A program made the position numbers and the translations under genes. Shown here piece after piece: positions 10,936 to 24,800 of a stretch of 64,000 nt of DNA. Where the stretch lies: NCBI GenBank assembly GCA_028023455.1, contig JAQFVV010000004.1:24366001-24430000 (forward strand), read 5' to 3'. This DNA comes from Epiperipatus broadwayi (lineage: Eukaryota; Animalia; Onychophora). Under the pieces are notes generated by a model. It had not been told where the DNA came from. It searched no databases and worked only from the letters and a program-made list of their open reading frames with translations. Every line of letters starts with the position of its first letter. Positions within the stretch are counted from its first letter, which is position 1.

Positions 10936-12119
10936 AAAGTTATTGCAAAAGTTTTGGTTTTCACACCAATTGAAAAGCTGCAAAGCTTTGAACCATTAAC
11001 TTAGTAAATATAATTTTGATTGAATATTTTATGCATCAAGAAGAATATAATAAGCAAGTACTTCTGTTTTATACTTGAAATACTAAAAAACAATACCACT
11101 GTTGTTATGACAGAGATACTAAAAACTTATAAATATTAAAGAAGATTAATTACTTAAATCTTTTTTAAACTTTAACACATATTTGGACTGTTATTGTTAA
11201 GTTAAATACAGGGTTGGCTAAAGTTTTAATACATTTAAAAATATAAATAATATTCTGGATACAAAAAAAGTGAATGCTTAGAACAACAACATCAGAAAGT
11301 ACAAATAATAAACAAAATCCAAATGACCTTTGTAATCAAACCCAAGGTTTTCATTCTGTAATAGATAAAAATAGAATATGATATCGCTTTGTATTTAGCT
11401 ACTTGCATTTTTTATTTTTAAAATAAAACTTTTATTCAATAGAGAAATTAGTTTTATTTTAAGAATTGTTAATTGTGAACTGAAAAAATCAAATCACTAC
11501 CAGATTTTAACTCGGGTCCATATAATTGATGATAAAATAAGTATTAGAGTTATCACTGAAATTGCTGAAAAAATTAAAAAGTGGAAAGGGAGCTGCAATG
11601 GATACATTGGTAAAGGTGATGACTCTATATAGACAATTAAAATCCTAAATTAATTTTAATAGACTGTAAGAGAGAGCTATCAAAAAAATTGTGAGTGGAT
11701 ATGTGTGATAAAAGAATGAGATAAAAGAGTTTGCTAATATATTATGGAAAAAAAATTACAGTTTAAAAATCTTCAATAAACTCAGTCACTTTCATCTTAT
11801 AAATAATAGTTGAAGATTATGTATATTATAACCTACAAAAGTGATCTAATCTGAAATTCTTCTGACTTCAATTATATTCAAGAGCAAAAGACAAGTGTTT
11901 GAAATGGATGTTTTACTTGGAAGCAGTGTATTTACCAAACTAACCTGCAATTCATATGTGTTCTACTTCCACATCAAATGAATATTAATGCTTGTTTATA
12001 CTTTAATAATATAAATATAGGGGATTTGAACACAGACTTTTAATCACTCTTCAACTATCCACACTATCTCATACCACTGATATACATGACCACACACATG
12101 CAGAAAAGATAAATAATCT

Positions 12120-12161
12120 CCAATATAATATTTCATGCTGAACCAGCACTCATCAGTTGGT
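12120..12161 (-). ncRNA. Family-1 HHR (helix III shortened)
   Basis: ACCAA CTGATGA GTGCTGGTTCAGCAT GAAA TATTAT A TTGG. Confidence 0.75.
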
Positions 12162-12588
12162 CCACATCATCATCTCCCACACACGTATATAATTAGTGCT
12201 TAGTTTATATTAAGATAGCAAATTTTTATACTTTAATGGACAGGCTTCAATCTACTCCAACTCTTCAGCCATCCATACCATTAAAAATCTGATGATGGAA
12301 TACCTAAATCCCATGCTGATACCAATATTATTGTTATACCCATACTGACCTCAAGTCACTCTGATTCTTCACATATAGAACCATAACCATTTAAATATAT
12401 AAAAGAGGGATGGGTAAGATGCAGGCTTAAAGTGTAATACTTGAAATGCAGGCATTCTTCATATACCTGGACCTTAATTGTAAATATAGGCAATTTGAAC
12501 ATAGACTTTCAAGCACCATTCAACTCTCTACACTATCTCATACCTTTAATACACATGACCACATTACTTTCAGAAAATATAAATAATC

Positions 12589-12632
12589 ACCAATATATGT
12601 ATTTCATGCTGAACCAGCACTCATCAGTTGGT
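12589..12632 (-). ncRNA. Family-1 HHR (core intact, palindrome CpG decayed)
   Basis: ACCAA CTGATGA GTGCTGGTTCAGCAT GAAA TACATAT A TTGGT. Confidence 0.85.
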
Positions 12633-12973
12633 CCAGATCATCATCTCCCACATACATATATAATCAGTGCTTAGTTTATATTAAGATAATAAATCTTCAT
12701 ATTTTAATGGACAGGCTTCAAACTACTCCAACTCTTTAGCCATCCATACCATTGAAAATCTGATAATGGAATGCCAAAATCCCATGCTGATGCCAATAAT
12801 ATTGTTATGCCTATGCTGACCTCAGGGCACTCTGACCCCCTCAAGTATAGGACCAGGATGCAGGCTTAATGTGTAATATTTGAAATGCAAGCATTCTTCA
12901 TATACATGGAGCTTAATTATAAATATAAACTGAGCACTGATTATATATGTGTGTGGGGGAGATGATGATCTGA

Positions 12974-13017
12974 ACCAACTGATGAGTGCTGGTTCAACAC
13001 GAAATATGTATATTGGT
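12974..13017 (+). ncRNA. Family-1 HHR (core intact, one helix II mismatch)
   Basis: ACCAA CTGATGA GTGCTGGTTCAACAC GAAA TATGTAT A TTGGT. Confidence 0.8.
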
Positions 13018-13451
13018 GATTGCTATACTTTCTGCACGTATGTGGTCATGTGTATCAGTGGTATGAGATAGTGGCAATAGTTGAAGGGTTCTTGAAAGTC
13101 TGTGTTCAAATCCCCTATATTTACAAATAAGCTCCAGGTATATGAAGAATGCCTACATTTCAAATATTACATATTAAGCCCGCATCCTGCCCATTTCTCT
13201 TCTACATATTTAAATAGATAAGGTCCTATACATGAGGGGTCAGAGTGACTTGAGGTCAACATGGGCAGAACAATATTGGCAATAGCATGGGATTTCGGCA
13301 TTCCATCATTACATTTTCAGTGGTTTGGTTGGCTGAAGAACTGGACATTGGAGTAGATTGAAGCCTGTCTATTAAAGTATGAAAATTTGCTGTCTTAATA
13401 TAAAGTGAGCACTAAATTATATATATATGAGTGTGGGAGATGATGATTTGG

Positions 13452-13501
13452 ACCAACTGATGAATGTTAGTTCAGCCCAATATATATATATATATATTGG
13501 T
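13452..13501 (+). ncRNA. Family-1 HHR, inactivated (GAAA lost, TA expansion)
   Basis: ACCAA CTGATGA ATGTTAGTTCAGCCC AA (TA)n TTGG. Confidence 0.6.
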
Positions 13502-16500
13502 AATTATTTATCTTTTCTGCATATGGGGAGTCATGTGTATCAGTGGTATGAGATAGTGTGGCTAGTTGAAGGGTGTTGGATAGTCTGTGATCAAATCTCC
13601 TATATTTACAATTAAGTTTCAGGTATATGAAGAATGACTGCATTTCAAATATTATACTTTAATAATATGGAAAATTTAAAATAGAATAATTTTCTCAGGT
13701 ATTTCAGTATCTGTTTGTGCTACTACTCTTAATATGTTTTTAAGTAAATATTTTCTAATATAATATTTTCTTACTAAAAGAACTAATTAAATATAAATTG
13801 ATTTGTGTCAAAACTAAGGTTAGCAATTCTAAAAATAATGTTGATTAATGATTTATCTCAGGTTAGAAATCAATTATAATCATTTACATAAAATAATAAA
13901 GATAAATGTATGCATGTAAAGTTTATGCATTTATAGGATACGATAATGTAAAAGGGAATTTTATGTACATCATCTTACCCTATACATTCATACTTCAGAT
14001 AGTAACAATAATAATAACGATGTATACAATCCAAATAGATTTATGTGTAATCTAAAATCTTAACTATGATCTTTATCTCGTAAATATGCAGTGACGCTGT
14101 TTCTTTAATAACACAAAAGAGAAGTATTAAAATTAACAATTGCTTTTTTATACAATATAAAATAAATTATAAACAAATAATATAAATGTAATTAATTATA
14201 AAATACCAAATAAATATTAATATTTGTTCTCTAAATATAATCTAAGCTTGGGATCAGAAAGTGTTTAATCATATAATGATGCAAGGACACTAATACTTAA
14301 TCGGATTAGGTTGCATATTATTTAAAAGCAAATCCTTAATTTAAATACTGGAAGATAATAAATAAATTGTTTTGTGCTGTCCTTAGTTTGTTTCAATGAC
14401 TAATCAATAATTAGTCAACCTCACGTAGAAACAATGGGAAATTTTTTTCATTCCTTTAAAAGAAACTAGTGAAATTATTGATTAGTACTCCTAAATGATA
14501 TTTAAAACATATGACTTGTGTCATACTTATCAAGATCCTTTACTGGATTCATTTGAATGCTTATTCGTTAGGAGTAAAACCCTACTAACATATTATAACT
14601 CATATCATTAGGAATGTTTTATTGCATACTATAACATTTTAAAAATTAATACTAACATATTGGACTGATACATAAAAATATTCCTTATAGTCCCAATTAT
14701 TTAATTAAGAATTATTAGCTTTGAAATGTTGAAAAATACTTTAAAAACAGTCAGTAAAATATGGCCTGCAGAGGAATAACTTTTTATCAATGGTTACTTC
14801 TCTCTTCCATATGATTCATGGCTGTATGGCTTCAATAGTATATTGCAAAGCAATATAGAAGCTGCTGGGCTCCTAGAATTATAATGATAGTAATGATAAT
14901 GCCTAGATGCTTGTTTTGACCTATTTATAACTAATTGATGTTGTTCAACAACATGGTTTTCAAACAACATACAGCTAGAAAAAATATGACCTTTTGCTTC
15001 ATTCCCACAATATTTTAATACATTATATTCTGATTTTTATACATAAATATATGAAATAAAAGAAGAGAAAAAATAGTTTGTCTTTTCCCTTCTTTTTTTA
15101 TTTACAATTCACAACAAAGGAAAAAAAATATTAACTGCCAACTTTAAAATTTTTAATAATAACTTCTAAAATATTACCAATTCCAAAATTTTAATACTTT
15201 TTTAAAATCCACCATCAACTTTTCTATAAAAATGGACAAGTTGTTTAATTAAAACTTCTATTGGACGGCAGAGTAAATAAGATTCAAATTCAGATTTTTT
15301 TTTTTGTTTAAAATACTAAATTCGTTCATGTATCAAAAGAATTTCTCCTTCTTCCTTTACAGTATTATTATCATTCCCTCGTTTTTACATATTACAAAAT
15401 AATACTTAATAAACTTTGATAATGTGCATGAATTAATTTTTCTTTCAACTTTTAAGCAGTTTACATTTTTATTTTTCAAATAATACACATCTATGCATGC
15501 CCATGTAAATGATAGTTTGTATATTTGTTAGTCAATTTACATGAGTTTTTATTAAATACATTTTTTCTCTCTCTGAATTGTTATAATATAACTAATCTGG
15601 GCTACATTGTATTTGTTATAACTACAATATTAATAACATTAATATTTAACTTTAGATATCTACAAATCTGGTTTTTCCATAATCATTTTACAAATTAGTC
15701 AACTAAAAGTCTTGAATTCTTTGTGCTTCCAGCTAAAAAAATCTTTGTTGATGCTTTATCTATCAATTGTTTTTTTATTCCTTGTGCAACAATATAAACA
15801 AAAACAACTTATTTATGTGGATTGTCTATCTACTAAGAAAGCCCCAGTATTTTTTGTTAACACATCTGGAACAATTTTACATTCATTGAGTACTTAATTA
15901 TAAACCTAAAAAAAAATTACACAGTCTTCAATACTCAAAGATTTAAAATTCATTGCAGAAGAAGATATGTTATAGCATATTTTTTTCCATTTTGAATCTA
16001 AATTATAACTACTTTACTACCCAGAATTTTTTCTTTGATCACTGATACTAACCATAATAATACAAAATATAAAAATGTTTTGAAACTCTTGAGACAGCAT
16101 ATATCCTGGAATGCATGTCATTCTAAAGTGCATACTAACTACTCTTTGTCATTTCACTAATCCTATTTTTTTATAATCTATTAATCTTTAACTCCTAGCT
16201 GAATACAGGTAATGATTAGTTCTACTAAGTTTCCATGTTTTTTTTTCTCTTTGAAAAACATTTTACATTCTCCCTTCAACAATTTAATGACACTCTTTTG
16301 TATAAAAATAATAGAAACTCTGATAAAAAATAAAATTCAAATAATAATTCTTCAAATAATCTCTCAAGTTTTCTAAGAAAGGCTTTTCTACTTCTGTAGT
16401 CACAATACTATTTAAGATAATTATTGACAAGTATAAGATTGTCTGGATATTATCCCCAAATGCAGCTTCCTTAGATATTGTAATTACATTTGATTAATCC

Positions 16501-16921
16501 TTGAGATTAAATTTCTAGAATTCTCTAATAATAATACAATATCTTTTTACCCTTTGCTATATAATACTTGCTAATTTGTTTCTTAAAAAGAAAATTCACA
16601 TAACCTTAAATAGTAATAATTCCATTCAATAGGAAATCCCTTGTTTTTTAATTGCATACATTAATCTTCTCCTTCTGAAAAATTTAAAACAAATCTGCAA
16701 GCATATATCTATATATAAATATATTAAATGGAAGGTTTTCATGGGCTACAGATATAAATAAAATATTATTCGGATACATCTGTGTATAATTTATTGAAAA
16801 TGTATCTCTAAAATATAAATTTTTAATAAATTATACATGGACATACACAGATAATATTTCATTTATATATTGTAATGGATTGCAAATGCGCAATGGAAAA
16901 CAAAATAGCAATCGTTGGATG

Positions 16922-17122
16922 TCAACAATCGTATAGATTTGGGCAGCAATTGTAATGGACTGCATCTATGCATGAGAAGATAATTTATAAGCATGAATAA
17001 AATATGATCCAATCATTGATTGATCAACAATCCTATAGATTTGGCAGCAATTGTAATGGACAGCATCTATGCATGAGAAGATAATTTATAAGCATAAATA
17101 AAATATCCAATCATTGATTGAC
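16922..17122. repeat. Tandem duplication, ~101 bp x2
   Basis: tcaacaatc.tatagatttgg..cagcaattgtaatggac..catctatgcatgagaagataatttataagcat is repeated. Confidence 0.9.
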
Positions 17123-18364
17123 AATTGTATTATTATATATCCGACTAGCTGTATACAAAATATGCATAGATACCAAAGAGCAATGATAAGAGACCTTAAT
17201 TGATTTACTCTCAGGGTTTAATATGGCTTAATTACTCACCAAAATATAAATTGGAAGCAAAGGGAATTTTATTGAATCCAACCTATATTTCCAGATATAG
17301 GATTATATGCAAAACAATATGTTAATTAGTTGTGGCTTATGCAAGTAATTATAAAATTGAATATTTACAAAACACAAAAATTATCATACAAGTAATTTTC
17401 AGTCTCAAGCACTGCGTAATGATCTTTGTATTGAACAGAGAAAAATAAATAAATAAATAAATTTCAAATAAATCACAAAGTTATTTTATATAAAGCAAAT
17501 GGTATATCCTTTATTTTGATTATGGTTTAATTTTCTTTTCAGATGGCACTGGTTATATTCAAACAACATGCAATATTTGTTTATTTTCTAAGTTTTCATT
17601 TTATTTTCAATATCAGTTACATTCACAATGTTTGCTAATAATAGGCATGGATTGATGTTTGTATCTGAATAAGAACCATCTACTGTTTAACACAAAGAAA
17701 GTTGCAATAATAGAAAAATAATGAAGATCATAATAGTCTCTTAAAATAGTGGTTCAGAATCATAGATAAGTTCCTTAAGGTCCGATCACTTAACTTTTAC
17801 ACAAAATTATTAGCATTCTCTTCATTCTGTGCTGAATATCTATATAACTCTCATTTCCTATTAAAACTATACTTCTTTTAAATTGCAAATACTAACTCCT
17901 TAGATTTATTATCTACAATAGAGCTTCTATTATGGTCCAAAAGACTTAATATCTTGTATTATATCATCATTAGTTCTGAAGATTCAGTAAGTGTTTATCA
18001 CTGGATTACATAACTCCTAATATACTAAACTTCTGTGAGTAAAAGTATAAGAACAACTCCCAATCTCACAAATGAAGAAATATGCACATATAAATATAAA
18101 ATGTCTACATACTGATCTACCTTTTTAATGTATCTTATGATGAAATCATGAATTATTTTTCTGAAGGAGAATATTAAATATTAAACATTAATACAATACA
18201 TTATGTGTATATTTATAAATGATTCTTATGAAGACAAATGACAATAAATTTAATTTCAAACATTCATTGTTTACTGCGTATAGAGTTAAGTTTACAATGC
18301 ATTTAAATTAAAACAAACACAGAGAGTTGATAAATCAAAGTTTGGAACAAATTTACTTATATAA

Positions 18365-18570
18365 TGCATATGAATTAAAGAACAACAGAAAATTTTTAAT
18401 AATAAATGATATCTAGCATATTACTTTTTATATTGATGAATTAAAATTTAAAATCAATTTACTTATATGTTGTACATATTGCATATGAATTAAAATAAAA
18501 CAGAAAATTTTAATACTAATTGATATCTAGCATGTTGTTATTTATATTGATTGATCAAAATTCAAAAACA
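18365..18570. repeat. Tandem duplication, ~116 bp x2
   Basis: gcatatgaattaaa..aacagaaaatttt..tgatatctagcat occurs at about 18366 and 18481. Confidence 0.75.
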
Positions 18571-19980
18571 ATCGTATACAAAAAAAATAGTCATATTAAT
18601 TAGCATTTAATATCTTCCTTTTTTTTTTTCATTTTGAAAATCGACAATTGTTTGATGCATCTTCATTAATTCTGGCATATATTAAATTAATATGTATGAC
18701 AATTTTAAATGTTGAAAGTATGAATTCATAAACCATTTGTAGTCAATTTTCTTGAAGTATTCTTTTATCCTGGTTAGCCCATAGTGGATCAATTAAAGAT
18801 GACACATCAACTTTAAATGCTTAGGTGATACTTATATTGATTTGCTGGATGAACTATTCATTTTTCAGGTTGATTTCCATTCAAATACATGCTTGTTAAT
18901 AATTTGACTCTCTTCCAATGGATGGTTAGGATAAGAGATCGCAACTTCTTATTTACTCTGCCATTTTTAATGAAATCAAACCAAATAGAATATTGTGAAT
19001 ACACTAAGCAAAAAATATATTAAACAGCAGCAAAGTTTGGATTCTTTTTTCTAATAGCGATGTGTTGATCTTCAAATATTAAAATTTGAACACACACACA
19101 CAAAAATTACATACAAACATATGTTTTACAGTTTAAAAAAATAAATAAGTAATAAATAATAAAATTACATCACAAATAATTTCAAAAACAAAGGTACAAT
19201 GTAAACTCATTAGTAATTCATATGCCAATATTTTAATCAGTGATATCACTAAATGCAAATATTTTAAATACAAACTAAGATCTTTGTAAAAATCTATATA
19301 CATATATTTTTTATATTACCACTGCCACTTTCAAATCCCAAAATTATAAATAAATGCATATATAAAAAAAAATTGTAATAAATAACAATAAAAATAGCAT
19401 ATAACAACAACAACGAAAAACATATATATAAATAAACCCCCCTATTAAAGCCAAACTAAAGGTATTTTTTTAATGACAACAATGATACTTTGATGGAAAG
19501 GGTGGTCTTTCCAACCTTTACAATATATATGTGTTGAAAATATATATCTAATATATATATAAACCAATGTTTATATATATATTTTTAATAAATTATACAT
19601 AGATGGACCCAGATAATATTTCGTTTATATATTTATAAATGATATATGTAGAATGGTATGATAAAAAAAAAGATAAAGAAGCCTTAATACATCACAAACA
19701 ATAACAATGTAATAAATAAAAGAGATAATAGCTTTCAATTATCAAATTGCTGGAATATGTAAATCAGCTCATTTACATATTAATAATAACTACTAACAAA
19801 CAGCACATAGAATGAAATAAAACAGTTAAAGATTATGAGAATTAATTACAAAAAATGCATTAAAGTGAATGAAAACCAAAACATTAAAAAAGAATACTTA
19901 CACATTTCATAAAGCATATCAACATATACATTCAAAATTTATTTTATATATGTTCGTACGAATGTTTTTATGGGTTTCAG

Positions 19981-21808
19981 ATATAAAAAACATATTTTGT
20001 GGGTTCATCCTTGTAAGCTTTTAATTTAAAAAACTTCAGTATTTCGACTTGATAACACAAGCCCTCAACTGGGAAATGAAAACTATATAATTGTAGAGGC
20101 ACTGCAGTGTTAATAAAAATAGTAATAGAGCCACTGAAAACTCCACAACTAAAAAGAGGTGTATAAAATTGGGGGGAAAAAACTAAAAAATTAATAACAA
20201 AAATTCAGGGAAATTTAAAAAAAAAAAATTTCCAAATAGGAGGAAGTTTACATGTGTCATCATGTTTGTTGGTACAATTTGGTTTTTTTAGTATCTCAAT
20301 AGCTTCTCTGATCTTACATTGGTGTAGGTTTTCACATCTGGATAGGATGCTGGTCTTAGAAAAATCAATATTGTGACCTGAATCCATAGTATGGATCAAG
20401 AGTGCTGATGATGATGAATGTTATTTCACTGCATTAGCATGTTTATCCCTTCTAGCACTGATGTAATGATTGCTCATACCTACATAAGAAGACTCACAAA
20501 CATCACATGAAATTTCATAAACCCTTTGAGCCTCATGAGGGATTGAATTTTAGGCTTGGTTAGAAAATGACTAATTTTTTGATAAGGAGCATATGCTGTC
20601 TTTATGTCATAGTGTTTTAGGATATGTCTGATTCTGTCTCTGGTTCCTTTTATATAGACATACAAACTCTAATAGTTGATTCTTCTTTTTGTTTTTTATT
20701 TTTAGCTTGAAATAAGGCTTAATGTATAATTTTTTTATTATAACCATTTGCTAACAATATATTATTTATATGATGTATTTCTTCTTTTAGATATGATTTA
20801 TCTGAAAGGTTAATTGTTCTGGTAAATAGTGTTTTGGCCACAGAAAAAAATCTGAACTGGATGATGAGATGAAAATTGAAGGTACCTGTCAGTATGTGTA
20901 GCTTTTCTGAAAACTGTGAATAATAAAAAAATATTTTATTTCTTGGTGACAAAAACATAAAGAAAGGGAAGTTTACCATCAGATTCTATTTCCATTGTAA
21001 AGGTAATATTAGGGTGGATATTATTTAAATGTGATAAAAATTCTTCCAATTTATTTTTACCATGTTGCCAGAAAACAAATGTGTCATCTCTATATCTCAG
21101 CCAAACAAAAGGTTTCAAAATGCTGATTCTAGAGCATAAGTTTTTATATGTTCCATAAACAAATCAGCTATTACTCCTGAAATAGGAGAACCCATAGGAG
21201 TACCAAAAGTTTGTTTATAATATTATCCATCATATATAAAATATGTGTTTAAAAGACAAAAATAAAAAAATAGTCAGGCAAATTGCATCATTGATAAATT
21301 ATATTCAAAGCTTTGTCAATTGGAATATTTGTAAATAAAGAAACAACATTGAAACTAACCAGAATATCATCTGTATTAACTTTTACATTTTTTAAAAGAG
21401 AAACAAAATGTATTGAGTTTTTTATGGAAGCTTTAATCGATGGGATTGTAGGTTTTATTAAATCAGATAGAAACCTGGCTAAATTGTGAGTTGGAAGAAG
21501 GGGAGTAACTGCTTTATGTATTTTAGGAAGCCCATAGAATTTTGGGCAGACACTAGATTTCTCACAAGGAATATTTTATTTTTATGTTTTTTTTTCAATT
21601 GGTGATTGCTTTAGTTGTTTTTTCTAAATAATAATAATTTTTCAGTTTTCAGTCACTCTACAACTATTTTTATTAACACTATTTACAGTGCCTCTACAAT
21701 TATATAGTTTTCATTTCCCAGTTGAGGGCTTGTGTTATCAAGTTGAAACATTGAAGTTTTTTAAATTAAAAGCTTACATGAATGAACCCACAAAATATGT
21801 TTTATATA
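19981..21808 (-). mobile_element. Penelope-like element, 5'-truncated, with inverted pseudo-LTRs
   Basis: 19981-20142 is the reverse complement of 21646-21808; the RT and GIY-YIG remnant lies between them. Confidence 0.9.
20205..21570 (-). pseudogene. PLE RT + GIY-YIG endonuclease pseudogene
   Basis: Motifs PKFYGLPKIHK, SLFTNIP, PMGSP, WLRYRDDTF, KLPFLYV, GVYEISCDVCESSYVG and KIREAIEI, with stops and frameshifts. Confidence 0.92.
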
Positions 21809-24800
21809 CATATTTAATCAATCAATTAAGTGCATAATTCTACATGAATGATTTTATTATTTTCCTTCTTTCAAAAATATTTTACTCAATTATTTTTAAT
21901 TTCAAATAATCACCCTTGAAAATACTATCTAATAATCTCGGAACATTATCACAAGCAACATAATATGCATTGCTCTTCTCAAAATGTTTATAGACCTACG
22001 TTTTTCAAACTTATTAAGATTTATAATGCAAAATTTTAATTTTAATAGAGAAATTTTTTAATACATCTCTCAAAAACTATCTTTCATGACATACATGCTA
22101 AAATTTCTCTTATAAGTTTTCTTATTTATTCTAGAATGACATTCTACACAGCTATTATTAAATTTACCATTTTTATTGAAAAAATAATTATCTCTGTACA
22201 AAACTAATTTGAAATAAAAAAAATAGTATCTATTAGCATCAAGAATATACAAATATATTACTAATATAGTGATTTCTCATTGCACTTTAACCCTGCTTTC
22301 TATTTACAAAGAGCCATTAATGAAATGACAAAATTAGTGAATTCATATTTCCAATTACAAAAATATATTATTATACTCCCACTGATATAACCCCACTAAT
22401 AAAAATAAATTTCTTAAGAAATTTAATTGATTATGTTTCTAGGTGCACACAAATAAATCTTATTATTTCTAAAAAACAAACAAACAAATATTGAGAATCC
22501 AATGAAATAACTAACATTGTAGAATCTAAATACATTTCTCAAACACTTTTATTATTTATTAACAAGTATATTATATAAAAGTTTAAATATTGATACTTAA
22601 AACATAAATATTTTTTTTTTCTCATTAAAATAAATCTATCTGCTTTATGTACCAATACTTTTCTATATTATAAAAGAAATTTTGTGAACATAGATACAAT
22701 TTGCTCTGTATAAAATGGAGAAGAGACTTTGGATCGTTTTTTTAAAAAATGTTCTTCCTTACATACATATCATTGTCAATAAAGCCTTTTGATTTATACC
22801 AAAATTTCATCCTTGACAGTCCTAATAGATATTGTACATGGAAGTTTATTTTCTAATATTAGGATTACAACATTCATACTATTTACTCATTGGTTTGCTA
22901 GATATTATTTCTGTTTCAAACCAACATCACTGAAAGTACAATTTTTGTCTTTACAATAAATAAAATAAAAATCAGAGATCAGGTTCATACATTTCTTAAT
23001 GTGTAGTGATATGGGATTTGTTCTCATTTCCAGTATCGCTGTAGTTGTCAGTTGTTAACATTTCTTATTTTGAGGTTAAACGTTGGTGTGTAGTTATATT
23101 TTTATAATAGTCACTTAAAAATCAAGTTTTAATAAGTGGTATATTCATTTATAAATATTGAAAGTTATGAACTATTTTTGAAAAGAAAACTGTGTAGATG
23201 ATATTTGAAGTTCGTTCTTTGTCATTCGTATATACAGTATATGGAAACAAAAACAAACAAACAAAAAAGAGACGCATGTTGGGGGGGGGGGGTGCGCGTA
23301 AATATATATATATATATTTCTATCATACAAATTGCATATATTTATCCAATATTTTATGTAATTTATTTTTGTTTTTAGTGTACATTGCTTTAAAATCCAA
23401 AGAATTGTTCAATTAGCAATGAATAATTACTGTAAATAAAAAAACAATTTACATTAATAATAAAATTAATACATTTTTGCTGTAGTTGAATTAAAGGAAA
23501 GGAAGCTTTAAAAAGTAAAAAATCAGTGCTTTTTATTTATTTATTTTTCAAAATTAATGACACATATATACACATATATTGTAAATAATGACATTTATAC
23601 CCTTTTAAAGCTAAAGATTTTGCAATGCAGACAGAATATTAGATTGGCATGTTTGTATATTTTAGAAGTTTACACATAGTTTATACTGCAAACTAGATTT
23701 TAAAATAAAAAATTAATAATAAAAAAAGTATATGTAATTCTTTTCTTTTTTTAAAAAAGATAATTATATATTTAACATTTTTATTTTCAAAATGAACATT
23801 CCAAAAATGATATTCTGAAGGCAGCTTTAGATGTATTCAGTTTTAACATCCCTTTTTCTCTTTTTCAGAGATTCAAATCAAATAACATTCACAAAGTCAG
23901 TGGAAGCAACTCTGTACAAACAAGATTTTCTTTTTTTTTTAAAAAAGTACATTTCACTTAACTCTAAAATGACTTTTTCATTTAAAAATATATACTAGAG
24001 AATTTTTTTTTTTTTTAAAAAAGAAAAAGAATTGTGATAAATATAGCTGAATGATACTCTAAAAGCATTTAAATATATTAGCTTTTACTTGACTCTTATA
24101 AAATTATTAATATAAATTCATAAACCTATTGAAAATGTAGCCATATATTAAAAACACTTGTAAAACATTTGTGGCCAAGTAAATGTTAGCAGAAATTCTG
24201 AGTTTGGATTTTCCTCTTAATTTCATTCATCACACAAAGTTATATAATATTTAAGGTAATTAAATAAAAAAGAAACAAAATATAATTACATGTCTACTCA
24301 GCTTTTTAATATTTCAATCGGAGCTCTTGCTTTTATCAGAAAATACAGCCTAAGCTATGTTATCAGAGAGTTAAAAATTAAAAGTATTTCCATATCTGAT
24401 GAAGCAAATATATCTTAAAGGTTAATAATCTTTTTTAAAAGAGTTTAACTAACCAACTGCTAATCTATTGAAATAAACCATCTTATTTTGTTTATTTAAA
24501 AATATATATATTTTTGATCAAACCTTTATAAAAAGTGAATAAAACTTTTAAATAATTCATTCATTCATTTAAAAAATATATTTGTTCAATATATGTATAT
24601 ATTATGTACAAATATATGTGCACATAAAAAAAATATGCATATAAAAATTCATACATGTACAAAAAATTATTGTGTATTCATATCTCAGATATAAACAAAA
24701 TACCTTATTGTTATTATATTAAATAATAAATAGTAAAAAATAATCAACTAGGGAATTTTTTTAGAAATATGTATCATTAATAAATAGTGATCTGATTAGA

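Larger units (their letters stand above)
12003..12927 (-). repeat. HHR family-1: two tandem ~470 bp units, minus strand
   Basis: aaatatagg.atttgaaca occurs at about 12012 and 12482; HHR cores are 471 bp apart. Confidence 0.9.
12922..13660 (+). repeat. HHR family-1: ~1.5 tandem units, plus strand (period 478 bp)
   Basis: HHR cores at 12979 and 13457; reverse complement of the 12003-12927 units. Confidence 0.9.

Noticed and set aside
11205-11950. Possible Tc1/mariner remnant starting TACAGGGT
   Set aside because: No matching right TIR and only vague transposase-like peptides.
13070-13112. Pol III A/B-box-like motifs in the family-1 unit (TGGCAATAGTTG ... GTTCAAATCC)
   Set aside because: Spacing of about 20 nt is shorter than in tRNA-type promoters and the A-box is poorly conserved across copies.
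12441-13615. ORF-track ORFs within family-1 repeats (also 59303-59789)
   Set aside because: Frames are not conserved between copies and there is no domain similarity.
24395-24420. CTGATGA at about 24.4 kb (and at about 41.55 kb) as further hammerheads
   Set aside because: No helix II, GAAA or helix I context.
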